Below are positions 41,435-56,326 of a stretch of DNA of 64,000 bases, piece by piece. Below the pieces are notes generated by a model. That model did no database searches, was not told the DNA's origin, and worked only from the letters and a program-made list of their open reading frames with translations. Source of the DNA: Eledone cirrhosa (lineage: Eukaryota); NCBI GenBank assembly GCA_964016885.1, contig OZ024752.1, forward strand, positions 23,746,001 to 23,810,000, given 5' to 3'. Both the position numbers and the translations under genes were made by a program. How positions within the stretch are numbered: position 1 is the stretch's first letter; every line of letters starts with the position of its first letter.

Positions 41435-42048
41435 TACACGCCCACACACATATACACATATATACATATATATATATATACACATACACATATATATACA
41501 CATGCATATATACACATATATATATACATATACACACATATATATACACACAATCTTACATTCTTATTTGCATGCGCATATATGTATTTTTATATTCAGA
41601 TATAAATACCCAAACATATATACACCTACCTACATATATATTCATACATACACGCTTACAAACACAGATGATAATAGTATGGGGGAAAGGGGGGGTGGAG
41701 AAGGGGGTTATAGTAAATATATGTTTCAAGAAACAGAATATTATCTGTATCTGGATCCCAATATATGTTTTTACATAGTTTCAGTGTTAGGAAATACAAG
41801 AAATAAGGCAAAATTATGCATTTCAAAATAAGTATACCATTAATTATATGTTAACTAAACTAAAGATAGTTAACATATTGATTTCTAAGGTGTAAATTAG
41901 TTAGGTTTATAATATTTGAAGCAGAATTTTGAAGTTAAATAGTAGTAGAGTATTAATTATAGTATAACTAAATTAAAGTTATTAACGTTATGGTATCAAT
42001 ATTAGGAAATGAATTTAGTAATAGGGAAAAAACAAATAAAGTATTACC

Positions 42049-43796
42049 TTATTTCTTATTAACTGGTTTAAAAATATTAGATGTAAATCTTCTGCTTCAT
42101 TTCTACAATTTGATATAGATAATTACTATTCTTCTATATCACCTATACTCCTGAACAAAGCATTGATATTTGCTAAAAATAGATCTAACTTAACTTTGGA
42201 TGACATTAATATTATTACACATGCTAGACTAACACTTATTGAATTTCAGAATGAATACTGGACCAGAAACACATATAGTAATCTATTTGATATTACTATG
42301 GGTTCAAGCGATTCCGCCCAAATTACTGATCTTGTGGGCCTCTTTCTCCTTTTCAACATAAATGCCTCCTTTGCCCACCTCAAAGGTGGTTTATATCGTG
42401 ATGACTGTCTTCTTCTTTCTAACAACCTTAGCCTTTCAGAAATTGAAAAAAACAAAAAACATAGAACTTTCCTTAAAGACTATTATAATCTTCATATTAC
42501 TTTTGAAAAAACAAGTAAAGTAGTAAATTTCCTAGATATAACTTTAGATTTAGCTACGGGTATCTACCAACCTTACCATAAACCAAACCAAAACTTACAT
42601 TACATACACTCACAATCTAATCACCCTAAATCTATCCTTAAAAACCTTGCATATAATATATCACTTAGAATTTCTAACCTTTCTTCTAACCAAGATGTAT
42701 TTGATAAAAATGCGACCTTCTATAACGAAGCTCTAGATAGAAGTGGCCACAAAATAGATTAGAATATATACCTTCTACTAAAAATACTAAAAGCATACAA
42801 CCTAATATTACCAACAAACACCAAATGAAAAGTACACACCTAAATGCCACCCACACTATACCCCAAAATACCAAATCTTCTAATATAAAATATAGTAACT
42901 CTCAAAAAACTACTCATCATACAACTCTAATAAATATTAATAATAAAACTCCTAATAAAAAAGATAAAACACCTAAATCTACAAATATAACTAAAAATGG
43001 TTGTGGTGAGATCATTAACATTAATCCTCCTAGTAAACATCACGATACAACCTATAAAAATAATAAAAATAATAAACAACATAGAAACCGTAATAGACGG
43101 GTTACTTGGTATAATGCTCCATTTAATTTACAAATTAAGGATAATATTGCTAAAAAATTTTTTCATATCCTAGAGAAAAACTTCCCGCCAAACCACAAAT
43201 ACCATCAAATCTTAAATAGGTCTACAGTTAAATTCTCATACTCAACAACAAATAACATAAAACAAAATATAAGTGCCTATAATGCATATAAATGTAAGAA
43301 AACCATAAGTATACCACCAGTACATCAAATTAACCATAATATCTCCTCAAATACAGAATTAACGAAAGGTTGTAACTGTAGAAACAAAGCAAACTGCCCA
43401 TTAAAAGGGAATTGTCTTGTTAACAACATAGTCTATAAATGTAATGTTAAAACTAAAGATTCTATTTGCTCATATATAGGAGCTACCTCTAACAATTTTA
43501 AGACAAGGTTTAATACCCACAAACATAGTTTTAAAAATGCCGCACTGGCTAATACAACATCTCTAGCAGAAAAAATCAATAGTTATAAAAATAAGAATAT
43601 AGAATATGATTTGACCTGGAGTGTGCTCAAAAGAGCCACCCCTTATCAAAATAATAGAAATGAATGTAGATTATGTTCCCAAGAACTATTTGAAATAATG
43701 AAATCTAAGGATATCCTATTAAATAAACGACAGGAATTAATTATATCGTGTAATCATAAACTAAAAAAAACATTTAAATATTATAAACCTAATTAA
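42049..43796 (+). pseudogene. Naiad-type PLE RT plus GIY-YIG ORF, 5'-truncated, one frameshift near 42755
   Basis: NWFKNI..FLQFDIDNYYSSI; FDITMGSSDSAQITDLVG; GGLYRDD; VNFLDITLDL..YQPYHKPN; SNHP; WYNAPFN; CNCRNKANCPLKGNCL..IVYKC; YIGATSNNFKTRF; CRLCSQE; LLNKRQE. Confidence 0.93.
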
Positions 43797-44289
43797 TAAC
43801 ATTATTTTAGAAATTAATTTAATTTAAATGTTAGTTAACCTATAAATTTAATTTAATTAAAATTCTACTACAGATGAGAATATATAATATTGTGTAATCA
43901 TAAATTTGTGAAAAACCTTTAAATATTACTAATATATACTTAGTAATTTAATTTATAGATTAATTTTAATTTATTTAAACCTTTTATTAAAATTCCTTTA
44001 CAGATAAAATATAACAAAATATCGTGTATCCAATGACAGAGAAATAATTTTTAGTATTATAGACCTAATTAATATACATTTTAGAAATATATTTATAATT
44101 TGGTTTTAAATTTAGTCAACCTAAAAATTTAATTTAATTGGCTTAAAATTAGTATCCTTATACAGACGGATTGCAGAGTGTCATGTAATCATAGAATGGG
44201 ATGTGTTTTGGATGTATACCTAGTTAATATATTCTTTGCAATTTTTGAAAAAATATATATATATATGTATGTATATGTATGTGTATGTA

Positions 44290-44374
<85 letters not shown>

Positions 44375-45147
44375 TAATTTTGATTTCTATTTGCATATAA
44401 TTATATTCTGCTATTGATAAAATACAATATCTGTTTTATTTATTATATACCTAATTAACATGTACTATAGAAATTAATATATAATTTTTAATTTAGTTAA
44501 CCTATAATTTATATTCTACTACCGATGTAATACTTTATTTGTTTTTTCCCTATTACTAAATTCATTTCCTAATATTGATACCATAACGTTAATAACTTTA
44601 ATTTAGTTATACTATAATTAATACTCTACTACTATTTAACTTCAAAATTCTGCTTCAATTATTATAAACCTAACTAATTTACACCTTAGAAATCAATATG
44701 TTAACTATCTTTAGTTTAGTTAACATATAATTAATGGTATACTTATTTTGAAATGCATAATTTTGCCTTATTTCTTGTATTTCCTAACACTGAAACTATG
44801 TAAAAACATATATTGGGATCCAGATACAGATAATATTCTATGTTTCTTGAAACATATATTTACTATAATCCCCTTCTCCAACCCCCCCCCCTTTCCCCCA
44901 TACTATTATCATCTGTGTTTGTAAACGTGTATGTATGAATATATATGTAGGTAGGTGTATATATGTTTGGGTATTTATATCTGAATATAAAAATACATAT
45001 ATGCGCATGCAAATAAGAATGTAAGATTGTGTGTATATATATGTGTGTATATGTATATATATATATGTGTATATATGCATGTGTATATATATGTGTATGT
45101 GTATATATATATATATGTATATATGTGTATATGTGTGTGGGCGTGTA

Positions 45148-45178
<31 letters not shown>

Positions 45179-45426
45179 GTGTGTATGTATGTGTATATAT
45201 ATATGTGTATATATGTGTATGTCTCTCTCTATATATATGTCTATCTTCGTATCTATGTGGGTATATGTGTGTATGTACATGTATGCACATGTATATGTTT
45301 ATGTGTATATGTGTGTATGTGTATATATGTACGTGTGCGCACATATATATGTGAGTGTGTGTGTGTGTGTTGTGTATATATATATATATATATGTATATC
45401 TATGTGTGTATATATGTCTATATTCG

Positions 45427-45457
<31 letters not shown>

Positions 45458-46012
45458 TATTTATTATTATAATATAACTTATGTGTATGTGTGTATATGT
45501 GAGGGTGTGTATATGTATATATGTGTATATATATGTGTAAAAATATATATGTGTATGTGTGTTTTTTGTGTGTGTGTATATATATGTATGTATATATGTG
45601 TGTATGTGTGTGTTTGTATGTGTGTTTATGGTTGTATGTGTGTGTGGGTGTATATATATAAATGTATGTGTATATATATATATATATATATGTGTATATG
45701 TATCTCTATTAATGTGTGTATATATGTATATGTATATACCTTTTTCTTTGTATGTCTGAGTTGTGTGAGAGTGTAGTGGTGTTTGTATGTATATACGCAT
45801 ATATGGATGCGTATGTATTTGTATATATGAGTATATGTAAGTGCGTATGTATGTATGAATATATATCTATGTCCATGTATGAGTATATATGTGTGTGTAT
45901 GTATGTTGTGTGTGTATGTATGTATGTGTCTATGTGTGTGTATATATATATATATGTGTGTATATGTATGTATGTATGTGTATGTATGTACATATATGTC
46001 TATGTATATGTG

Positions 46013-46049
<37 letters not shown>

Positions 46050-46240
46050 TTATTTTATATATATGTCTGTGTGTGTATGTGTGTGTGTGTATATATATCT
46101 TTATATATGTGTATGTGTATGTTCGTGTAGGTGTATGTGTGTGTATGACTATATATGTATGTGTGTATGTGTGTATGTATGTATATGTATGTGTGTGTAC
46201 ATGTATGTATGTGTATGTATATATATGTGTGTATATGTGT

Positions 46241-46271
<31 letters not shown>

Positions 46272-46687
46272 TATATATATATATATATGTATATGTATCT
46301 CTATTTGTATGTGTATATGTGTATAGGTATATACCTTTTTCTTTGTATGTCTGAGTTGTGTGAGAGTGTAGTGGTGTTTGTATGTATATACCGATATATG
46401 GATGCGTAAGTATTTGTGTGTATGTATGTATGTATGTCTGTATGTATTTGTGTGTATATATAGGTATGTATGTGTATATCTGTATGTATATAAGTATGTA
46501 TGTGTATGTATATGTGCGTGTATGTGTATATATATGTGTGTCTATATATGTATGTGTGATTATATGTGTATATATGTGTGTATATATATATATATATATT
46601 TATATGTATGTGTGTATATGTGTGTATGTGTGTATATTTATATGTTTATATATGTGTGTGTATGTGTGTTCTAAGTGTAGATGTGTG

Positions 46688-46738
<51 letters not shown>

Positions 46739-47384
46739 ATGTATATATATATATATATATATATTTTCTTGATATATTTCTTTTTTCTTTTTTCTTTTTC
46801 TTTTCTTTCCTTTTTAATTTTTATTTTTTATTTCTTAGTTTATAGATACATCTATAAATAAGCAGTCTGCCCAAACCGTTGAATACTGACCTCTCCCCCC
46901 TCCCACCTAATTTCTGTATCTTGATCTAAATGTGTGTGGCAGTGTTTATGTGAGTGAATTAATATCCATGTGCTTATGATAATATTATATCCACATATAT
47001 ATATGTGTGTGGGGGTGTGTGTGTGTATGTATGTTCGTAATTATGTGTATGTTTATGCATATACGCGCGCGTGTGTGTGAGTGTACGGATATGTGTGAGT
47101 ATGAGAATATGTGTATACACTTATTTCATATTTATGTGTCTATACGCATCTTATCTGTGCATTATAAACTTACAGAGACATTAACCTTGAAATTTTGTAT
47201 TTGCATGCATCTTTTTGGCATGCGTATGCATGTTGAGCATACATCTTTGTATAAATATGTGTACGGGGTAGTTACATGTATATACACACACCAAACTGCA
47301 TAAAACCTTTTGTATTTTCATTGGTCAATTTTGTTCCCAAACGGACCTGAAATTTTGAATTGTTGTTATTATCAATAAATATAT

Positions 47385-47539
47385 TTCATTATTTCTGAAG
47401 ACGGCGTATATGTGTGTTTGGTATGTATATTTAATCTTGATAGTTTGTATAATTTTGTATAATTTTGTACATAGATCTGTTGAATATGCATGCCAATTCT
47501 AACACATATATATCCTAGAAACGATCGTTAAATAATGAA
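47385..47539 (+). ncRNA. Hammerhead ribozyme of PLE 5 with ~115-nt stem II domain
   Basis: TTCATTATTT-CTGAAGA-cGGcGTATATGTGT...ACACATATATatCCta-GAAAC GATC GTT-AAATAATGAA; 10-bp stem I. Confidence 0.75.
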
Positions 47540-47884
47540 CTTTTTTTGTTTAATATAAGGAACTGTTTCATTGTTTTATTCATTATTTGTTTAATATTTT
47601 ATCTTGACTCTGTATACCGTTTATCTTTCACCGAAAGTGATTTTTCATTACATCTCTTCTTTCCATGATATCCGGAATACATTGAGTTCTTCATACGGAT
47701 TGGACACTACCGTAAACTCTTGGTAGATTTATCTACATATATATATATATATATTATATATATATTATATATATGTATATTATATATATATATATTATAT
47801 ATTTAATATATATATTATATATATGTATATTATATATATATTATATATTATATATTTAATATATATATATATTATATATATGAG

Positions 47885-47922
<38 letters not shown>

Positions 47923-47984
47923 ATATATATATATTATATATATGTATATTATATATATATATTATATATTTAATATATCATAAT

Positions 47985-49908
47985 CTATAAAGCTCAGTGT
48001 ATGGTCACATTTCTTTGTTATAGAAATCTGCGATATAGAATTTCTTCAATTGAAATTTACAATTCAGTATTTGAAATAGCTTCGATTGGATCATGGCACA
48101 TATTTTTTTCAATTTCACCCACAATTACGCAAAAAATCGATAAAACTGAATATTTTACGATTTACCTCTCTCATTTCAACTGATTTACCTCTCTCATTAC
48201 AACTTCATACTTTCTGCTACTTTCTCTTTCCAAGCTGAAACAACACGTAAAATGAAACTAAATTATTCTTTTCATTTTACATTGTTCATGTTGATGGTGA
48301 TACTGTCCGTTTTCCTCTCTCATATCATCTCCTACCTCTATCTACAACCCACACATTTTGCTACTTTCTCTTTTATTCTAAATTTGGTTTATTCACCGTT
48401 AGCAGCTACGCGCATCTTTTAAAAATGTGAATTACAATGTTTTTCAATCGTTACTCAGTCTAACTTTTAGTTGCTTCAAACTTACTGATTTATTTCCAAA
48501 CGCATACAAACACACACTCACTTCAAATGATAAAAAAACATTTAAAGCAATTAAACAACGTGCGTGATTTATAACCACACTAACTTTTAGTTGCTTCAAA
48601 CTTAATGATTTATTTACAAACACATACAACACACACTCACATAAATTGATCAAAAAAAATTTAAAGCAATTAAACAACGTGCGGGATTTATAACTACAAA
48701 TACACACTTCATTAAAAAATAAACTAATAATTTGCGACAATTCTTTTCTTTAAATCGTAAAATTAAACGACATAATTATTTTCATTTTCGGCTGTTAATT
48801 TTCATGGGGATACTAAACAACTCCTGACCCAGAGGATGTCCTCAACTATCCAATAGAGGTACTCAATTCCTTTGAGCCCCCCGGACTACCACCACACATT
48901 CTCAAACTTAAAGTTGGTGCCCCTATAATGCTCATTAGAAATTTGGTTCCCCCGAAACAATGCAATGGCACACGTTTGATCGTTAAGTCCTTATCTCCCA
49001 ATCTGATTGAGGCCACGATTATCACAGGGTGCGGTCGAGGCAACGTTGTTTCAACTCATACACTTTACAGACTAAACAACAAAAACATTAGCCACATTAA
49101 CGTACAATTTTGTTTATTCTAAATGTGAGTCTTCAAACTGATTTATTTATTTGCAAACACATACAAACACACACTCACATCAAATGAATAATTAAACTTT
49201 AAATCAATTTAACCACGTGCCGGATTTCTAACCACACATACACACTTCATTAACAAATAAAAATTCTAATTTGCGACAATTATTTTCTTTCAATCGTAAA
49301 ATCAAACGACATAATTATTTTCATTTTCGGTTGTTAATCTTCATGGCGATAATACTACCCTTCCATTTCACATCATGTGAGTTAACAAATAATTTTTTAA
49401 AACATTATTCGCTGACTTCCTTAAACAACAAGATCAATTGCGTAGCCGGTAAAGCTATGTAGCAGGTAAAAGGCTATGTAGTCAGTACGATGTTATATAG
49501 CATGAAAAGTTTATATAACCGGTAAATGTTATGTCCCCGTTAGCATGTGTGTGTGTGTGTGTATTACCGTCAATATACACGTGTGTGTGTGTGCGTGTTT
49601 CAATGTAGTTTTCGTTCACAATGACGAGAGTACAATCGCGCCAGAAACAATTCAATTTCTCATTCTTAACTGCTAGGGACGTTCACAGGTTCATTAAGTA
49701 CTTTCAGTAAGGAATAAAAAAAATTAGGGATTGAACCAAAAACCACGACATAAACAGGCACCAACAAACGTTTTCTTTGTCCTGTCAAAAAGTGATTGAT
49801 CCTATCCCTTTCACCTACGACCTCAGTTAGGTCAGGCGAAAGTCAAATAGACAGGGAATCACCTATGTAGGTACAAACCCTGCTGCGGTATGTCTATTTT
49901 TCTAGCTA
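47985..49908 (+). mobile_element. Helitron derivative with PIF1 helicase fragment (~48830-49050) and internal repeats
   Basis: YPIEVLNSFEPPGLPPHILKLKVGAPIMLIRNLVPPKQCNGTRLIV..LIEATIITG. Repeated blocks at 48460-48805 and 49135-49345. Boundaries approximate. Confidence 0.75.
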
Positions 49909-49948
<40 letters not shown>

Positions 49949-50056
49949 TTAATTTGATTATATATATATATATATATATAAACCGTGTAAAAAAATATAA
50001 CATAAATTCATTTAACACAACTGAAACTGGATTTTAGTCTTCAAATTTATTATTAT

Positions 50057-50099
<43 letters not shown>

Positions 50100-50245
50100 A
50101 TATTCGTATACAGATATTTTTGCATACACAGTAACAACATATAAACAAACGCATTTATTTGACGAGGCTCGATAAGGATAAATATATATCAAATATATAA
50201 GAACCCTACAGCAAATCCCGAGCAACGCCGGGCCATTCTGCTAGT
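50100..50245 (+). mobile_element. Helitron-like 3' end
   Basis: CCCGAGCAACGCCGGGCCATTCTGCTAG. Confidence 0.8.
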
Positions 50246-50287
50246 ATATTATATATTTAATATATATATATATATTATTTATATATG

Positions 50288-50325
<38 letters not shown>

Positions 50326-50340
50326 ATTATTATATATAAA

Positions 50341-50736
50341 GGGTGGTGGATTGGCAGTATCGGTAGAGGGTTGGACGCCATGCTTTGACGTATAGAGTTA
50401 CAGCCCTTGCCATTCTGAGTTCAAATCCTGCCGAGGTTAACTTTGCCTTTCATCCTTACGGGGTCGATAAAATAAAGTACCAGTAATGTACTGGATAATT
50501 GCTGGCCTTGTGCCAATAGTAGAAACAATTATAATTGTTTCTACTTTTGGCACAAGGCCAGCAATTACCCAGTACATTACTGGTACTTTATTTTATCGAC
50601 CCCGTAAGGATGAAAGGCAAAGTTAACCTCGGCGGGATTTGAACACAGACCGTAAAGGGACGTAACTATGCTGGAAAGCATGGCGTCCGACTCTCTACTG
50701 ATACTGCCAATCCACCGCCCTTATAGAAACAATTAT
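50341..50736. mobile_element. Two SINEs tail-to-tail (50341-50531 +, 50534-50721 -)
   Basis: Both match the SINE family; TAGAAACAATTATA is repeated at ~50520 and ~50724. Confidence 0.88.
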
Positions 50737-50794
50737 AATATATATATTATATACGTGTATAACATATATATATATATTATATACTGTATATATA

Positions 50795-50976
50795 GAATTG
50801 GCAGTATCGGTAGAGGGTTGGACGCCATGCTTTCTAGCATAGTTACATCCCTTTACAGTCTGAGTTCAAATCCCGTCGAAATTAACTTTGCATTTCATCC
50901 TTACGGGGTCGATAAAATAAAGTAGCAGTAATGTACTGGGTAATTGCTGGTCTTGTGCCAAAAGTAGAAACAATTA
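50795..50976 (+). mobile_element. tRNA-derived SINE
   Basis: Family match. Confidence 0.85.
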
Positions 50977-51535
50977 TATATGGACACACTGGAAGAGGAA
51001 GACCAAAGTTAACGTATGCTGATGCCCTAAGGACAGACACTGGACATGGCAGCGATAATGAGGGACAGAGACCGCTGGAGAGAACTCGTCCATGGATCTC
51101 AGGAATTTTACCCGCCCCTAGAAATATATATATATATAGTTGAGTTCTTAACACGTGGTTTGGATTCCTAACAGGGTTCAATGACTTGCATGTATATTAT
51201 TTTATATTTTATGATAACCTCCCCTTCCCATTTGGGGACAGTGAGAATTTTTTTGAAGGACTGCTGGACTTTCAAACTTAGCAGTTCTTCTAGCAGTGAC
51301 GGTGAATATCGCTGAATATTAATATCAATGTAGTTTTTAAAATTGATATTGCCTGGGCATTCCACTGAAGAGTTATAAGTGCCCAGTTGCAAGTAAATCT
51401 GTTGATCATATGCAAGCTTCTACATAACTTGGACTTTTTTCTCCCACCTTGTAGAAATCTTATAAAGAAACGATCGTATGGAAAGTGAGATTTATTTAAT
51501 TGTCTCATATAAAATAATACAGCCGACTTTCCACA

Positions 51536-51701
51536 TAATTGTTTCTACTTTTGACACAAGGCCAGCAATTACCCAGTGCATTACTGGTACTTTATTTTAT
51601 CGACCCCGTAAGGATGAAAGGCAAAGTCAACCTCGGCGGGATTTGAACTCAGATCGTAAAGGGACATAACTATGCTGGAAAGCATGGCGTCTGACCCTCT
51701 A
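51536..51701 (-). mobile_element. tRNA-derived SINE, 5'-truncated
   Basis: Family match. Confidence 0.85.
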
Positions 51702-51807
51702 GCACCCCAAACGTATAATTGGGAATATACTTAGGTATTTCCTAATGTTTGTTGAGTGAGATGGAAGTTGGTCGGAGTATCGCTAATAGCTTTCTCTGTT
51801 AATGTAT

Positions 51808-51852
<45 letters not shown>

Positions 51853-52489
51853 ATGTGAAGACTAAAATCCGAAGAGGGCTCGATAAGGATAATATATATA
51901 TTAAAAATATATAAAACCATAGAGCAAATATTTATTAAAATAACAGATTAAAGTTTAACCGAAGAATCGCTGCTTTCACCCTTAACGCGATCTTCTGAAG
52001 CTTAAAGAAATCAATCTGTAGACGCAGAAGAAAATATTTCGAAAAACGTTGCAACCGAAGGAAAACAGGAAGACGATAGTTTGGTTCGTGAAGACGTTCC
52101 CTGGCAATGAACGGAAAAAAGCGAAGATAATACGTCGTTATGTGGAGCGGGGAGAACAATTTCATACAAAGACAAACAAAACGAAACCACGTTTATGGTA
52201 TGCATGGAGTTATTAGATTAATATTCTATTTAGGAAATCGAATGATTCTCAAACCCGGAGTTAAGAATAATGTAAATAAATTTGTTGAACGAAAATGACA
52301 GAGGTTATTAATAATAGTTAAGATTTATACAATTATATATATACATACACACATCTATATACGTACATAGAATATTAGAATATGTCTCAAATGCAAACTA
52401 TGGGTACATAAAAGATATAGTGGGATCACAGGAAAGCTATGTAGGAATGTAGATTTTATATGTAGCCGATGCTCAGGGGCAGTAAGTAG

Positions 52490-53370
52490 CAAGGATTCAA
52501 TGGATGCTATCTCTTTCAACTGCCCAGATGGTTCTATAGAAATAGTAGACTATTTCCGGTACCTGGGTGACAAAATCAGCAGTGGAGGAAGGTGTTCTCA
52601 AAGTACAGTATCCAGAGTTAGAATGGGATAGAAAAAGTTCTAATACCGCTCGCTGTTGGCCACAAGGGGTTTTTCTCTAAAGGTGAAGAGCAGATTGCAT
52701 GATACTTGTATACGAACGGCGATATTACATGGTAGTGAGACCTTGGCGTTGTGTGCTGAAGACTTGCGTAGATTAGAAAGAAATCAAGCTTGCATGCTCC
52801 GATGGATGTGTAATAGCAATTTGCGCGAACGACGAAGTATAAACGAATTGAGAGAGAGACTAAGAATAAGAAGTATAAAATGTTGTTTTCTGGAGAGGAG
52901 ATTGCGTTGGTATTGACATGTGATGCGTATGAAGGACGACAGCTGTATAAATAAGTGCTGGACAATGAAAATTGATGGAAGCTACGGAGGGGGTAGACCA
53001 AGAAAAACCTGGAACGAGGTGATAAAAACTGACCTTGCTCATTTACACCGCTCTAAGACACTAACACTGGATGAGATCTTTGGTGCCATGCAGTTGAAGA
53101 CCCTACTGCCATTGCATACAAACCTAGTCAGTAGGCACCTCTTAACTTATATGCACACCCCACCGTCACACCTTACCCCATCCTCCCGTTTACGTACCGT
53201 CCACTGTGTCGATGACACAACAGTCCACACTGTAAATGTGGTTGATGTTAGGAAGAGCATCCAGCTGTAGAAAACCTGCCAGAGACACTTGCGTACGAGC
53301 GAGAAACGGTCTCCCGACCATTCCCGCATCAATTAGAACAAAACCGTCTAACCCATGTTAGCGTGGAACA
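52490..53370 (+). mobile_element. RTE LINE 3' part with 3' UTR, decayed
   Basis: FRYLGD, ILHGSET, MLRWMC, RRLRWY, GRPRKTW; homologous to 62000-63200(-). Confidence 0.85.
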
Positions 53371-53384
53371 ATATGCCCTATCCA

Positions 53385-54470
53385 TAAAGGAGGAAGCAGA
53401 GCGGAGGCCAAAATCTATCAGTAAGGTCATGGAGTGAATCATCAGAAAGAAACTGATCACGTTCCTCGTGGAAAATGACCGCCTGACTAGCACAGCTTTC
53501 GCCAGGAAGAAGCTGCCTTACACAGCTACTACAACACTGCGACTGGGTACTGAAACAACTGCTAGACAGCGCACATGTGAACGTGATATATCTTGACTTT
53601 GCGAAGGCCTTTGACAAGGTCGACCACGGAATCATATATCACAAACAACACACTCGGCATAACTGGAAAAGTAGGTGAGTGGCTGCATCACTTCTTCAAA
53701 GGAAATATCAATAACAGTCTTGAGACCACTACTGTTTTTGATGGCTCTCTCATATATGCCCTCTGTAGTACATGTGCAGACGACTCGTTGGCTGGATCTT
53801 GAGGACTTTCCGGATGAGTGACCGAGAGACCATGTTTATACTATGGAGGACATTTGTCCTAAGCCGCCTGGACTATTGCTCTCGACTGTGGTCACCCCAT
53901 AGTGTCAAACTAACCACGGAGCTTGAGACAATCCAACGAAGCTGCACCAAAAGAATTGCGACGATGAAGGAGATGAGCTCCTGGGAGAGGCTAAAAGAAC
54001 TGAACCTCTACTCCTTGGAACGAAGACGAGATAGATACGCAGTGATATATATATGAAAAATCCTGGAGGGACTAGCACCAAACTTTGGCATTGACAGCTG
54101 GACCAATCCCCGAACATGACGTCACTGTGTAGTATCAAAGGTCCCGTCTTCTATATCTAGAATAAGGAACAGATATTGCAATAGCCTGGGGGTTCAAAAG
54201 CCCTCAACTATTCAACAAGCTGCCAAGAAATTTGAGAGATCTGCATGGTTTTGACGTGGATGCTTTCAAGAAACATCTCGACACCCTGCTATCCAGCATC
54301 CCGGATGAGCCCACAGCATGGCACGAGGGAAACCAAAGAGCAGCAGCAATGAACTCCCTCTTACACCTATGGCAAGCCAACACAGGCTGGAGATAGAATG
54401 TGTAGCAACAAAGGCGATGCCCCAGCATGCCCTCAGCCGGATGGCTGGAACAGGTAAAAGAGTAAAAGAG
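53385..54470 (+). mobile_element. CR1/L2-group LINE, internally deleted
   Basis: HSF..GRSCLTQLL; VIYLDFAKAFDKVDHG; FVLSRLDYCSRLWSP; LNLYSLERRRDRY; GTAAAAGA repeat tail. Confidence 0.85.
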
Positions 54471-55582
54471 TATATATATTTTTAATAATAAAACACACAG
54501 CCATAACAAGCCCTTTCTGCTGACAAGGAAATGGTAATTTGATATCTTCTTCCCTACCTATGTTTCTCACACAGTTTTAACAAGACGTCCAGTGATCAAG
54601 TAGCAGCTATCTACAAGAACCTACTTATGCGTGTATCATCTGTCCGTCAATCTATGTTTGTATATATCTACTAATGCATCTATCTTCAGTCAAAAACAAT
54701 AAAGCCCAATAGCAACTCGAAAATAGAGAGACAGACATTTCTCATGGTGTAGCTTCAATCACTACGTCCGAATGCTAGAAATACGATGACCACCGATGCA
54801 GAACTTTCCATAGAGTATGAACTGTATTACATATTCGTTGAAAAGTTCAAGAGGAATAGAGAGAAAGTCAACTGTAAAGGGAGAATCGACCCCAGTATTG
54901 GACTGGTGTATTTTTGTCGATTTCGAAAGAATGTAAGATAAAATTAACTTCGACACAAAGCCGGAACGAATTCCGCAAAGCATTCTTTCTAACGACTCGG
55001 TTCAATTTAGACATAAAATATCTAAATTATTGTATACTGTCTGTAGACATGTGAATCTGAACATCTATGCTGTAACTATAGGTTTTTTTAAAGGCTTTTT
55101 TGGAACGGTGTAGTGAGTTAAAGTTGAAAAACTAATTGTTTATCCAAATAATTTTTCGGACTATTAACTTCGTCTTCACAGCAACTATTACTATTCCTTT
55201 AGAATAAAGTAGTAGTAAAGACTAAAATATAAATCAGATAAGTTTATTTCATATGTCATTTATTTTCATCTCTGACAAATGTAAGGTTTTGAACCAAAAT
55301 TCAGTTGACTGAGTAAACCCATCGACCACTTTAGGTATCCCTTGCTATACATGGCAACCAAATTTCCCCTCAAATCACAACTGTCTTGAAGAATACTTTA
55401 TAGTTCCATGGACAAATCGTCGGTAACGTCGCGATTGCAACGCCTTTAACCCATTGTCTATTCAATAAAGACTAATCCGAGGCTAAATAATGTGAACAAA
55501 ATTCAAAAGTGTTAATATCTTAAGGAAGACAGATCCGATCACTTAACATTGAAACAATATAAAGAGAATATTATTTTATTGG

Positions 55583-55616
<34 letters not shown>

Positions 55617-56326
55617 CGAACAAGTCCAACATAGATGTTACATACATGATGTATATATTTTCTATAACTAAATACAACGAAGTACAAATTTTATTAGTTA
55701 TTGAATTAAAACATTTTACATATCACTCACTTCAAGTATATATCAAGATAAGAAAAATGTTCTAATATGGTGTTCAGCGTTGAATTGTCGCAGTTAAAAC
55801 TTCGTATCTTCAATATACTTTTACTGATTTCATCATTGAAATTGCAGCCATTATTGTGACACCATCAACAAGGATTTGCTTTATTAGACCAACCCCAATA
55901 TGTTGCTACTTACTTTAACGACCTCAAAATGGTGAAAGCCAAAAATGACCTATGCAAGATTTGAACTCAAAACGTAAAGTGGTGTATCAAGGCATTTTGT
56001 CTGATGACCAAATGGTACTGACCCTACTATTTCCCCCAGAAACATCGAAAATAATCTTCAATTAAATAGAAAAGAACTCATGCTGTATATCATTAAATGT
56101 TTAGGTTAGTATCTCAAATCATTAATGCTCGTTTCTTTAACAAAAAAAAAAAAAAAAAAAAAAAAAAGTTCTTAGTAACTACAAAAAAGTATTTTCGTAA
56201 ATCAAAGAACTATACATTTTTACCAACCCAAATACACTTCGTTGGGGATAACCCAAACTTTTTTTATGTTACTCTTTATGGGTAGTCAGCATTTAAAAAC
56301 AATTATTCTAATTACATTATAACTAT

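Larger units (their letters stand above)
38961..47737. mobile_element. Penelope-like (Naiad-type) element 5 with ~3.1-kb inverted arms
   Basis: 38961-42047 is the reverse complement of ~44527-47601. Central RT-EN ORF on plus. HHR in each arm. Confidence 0.93.

Noticed and set aside
37900-47303. Many long Y/I/V/C/M/H/T-rich ORFs here and throughout the window
   Set aside because: Translations of (TA)n/(TG)n/(CA)n repeats, not genes.
51140-51530. Coding-like minus-strand segment
   Set aside because: No recognisable motif; has stops; cannot be assigned.
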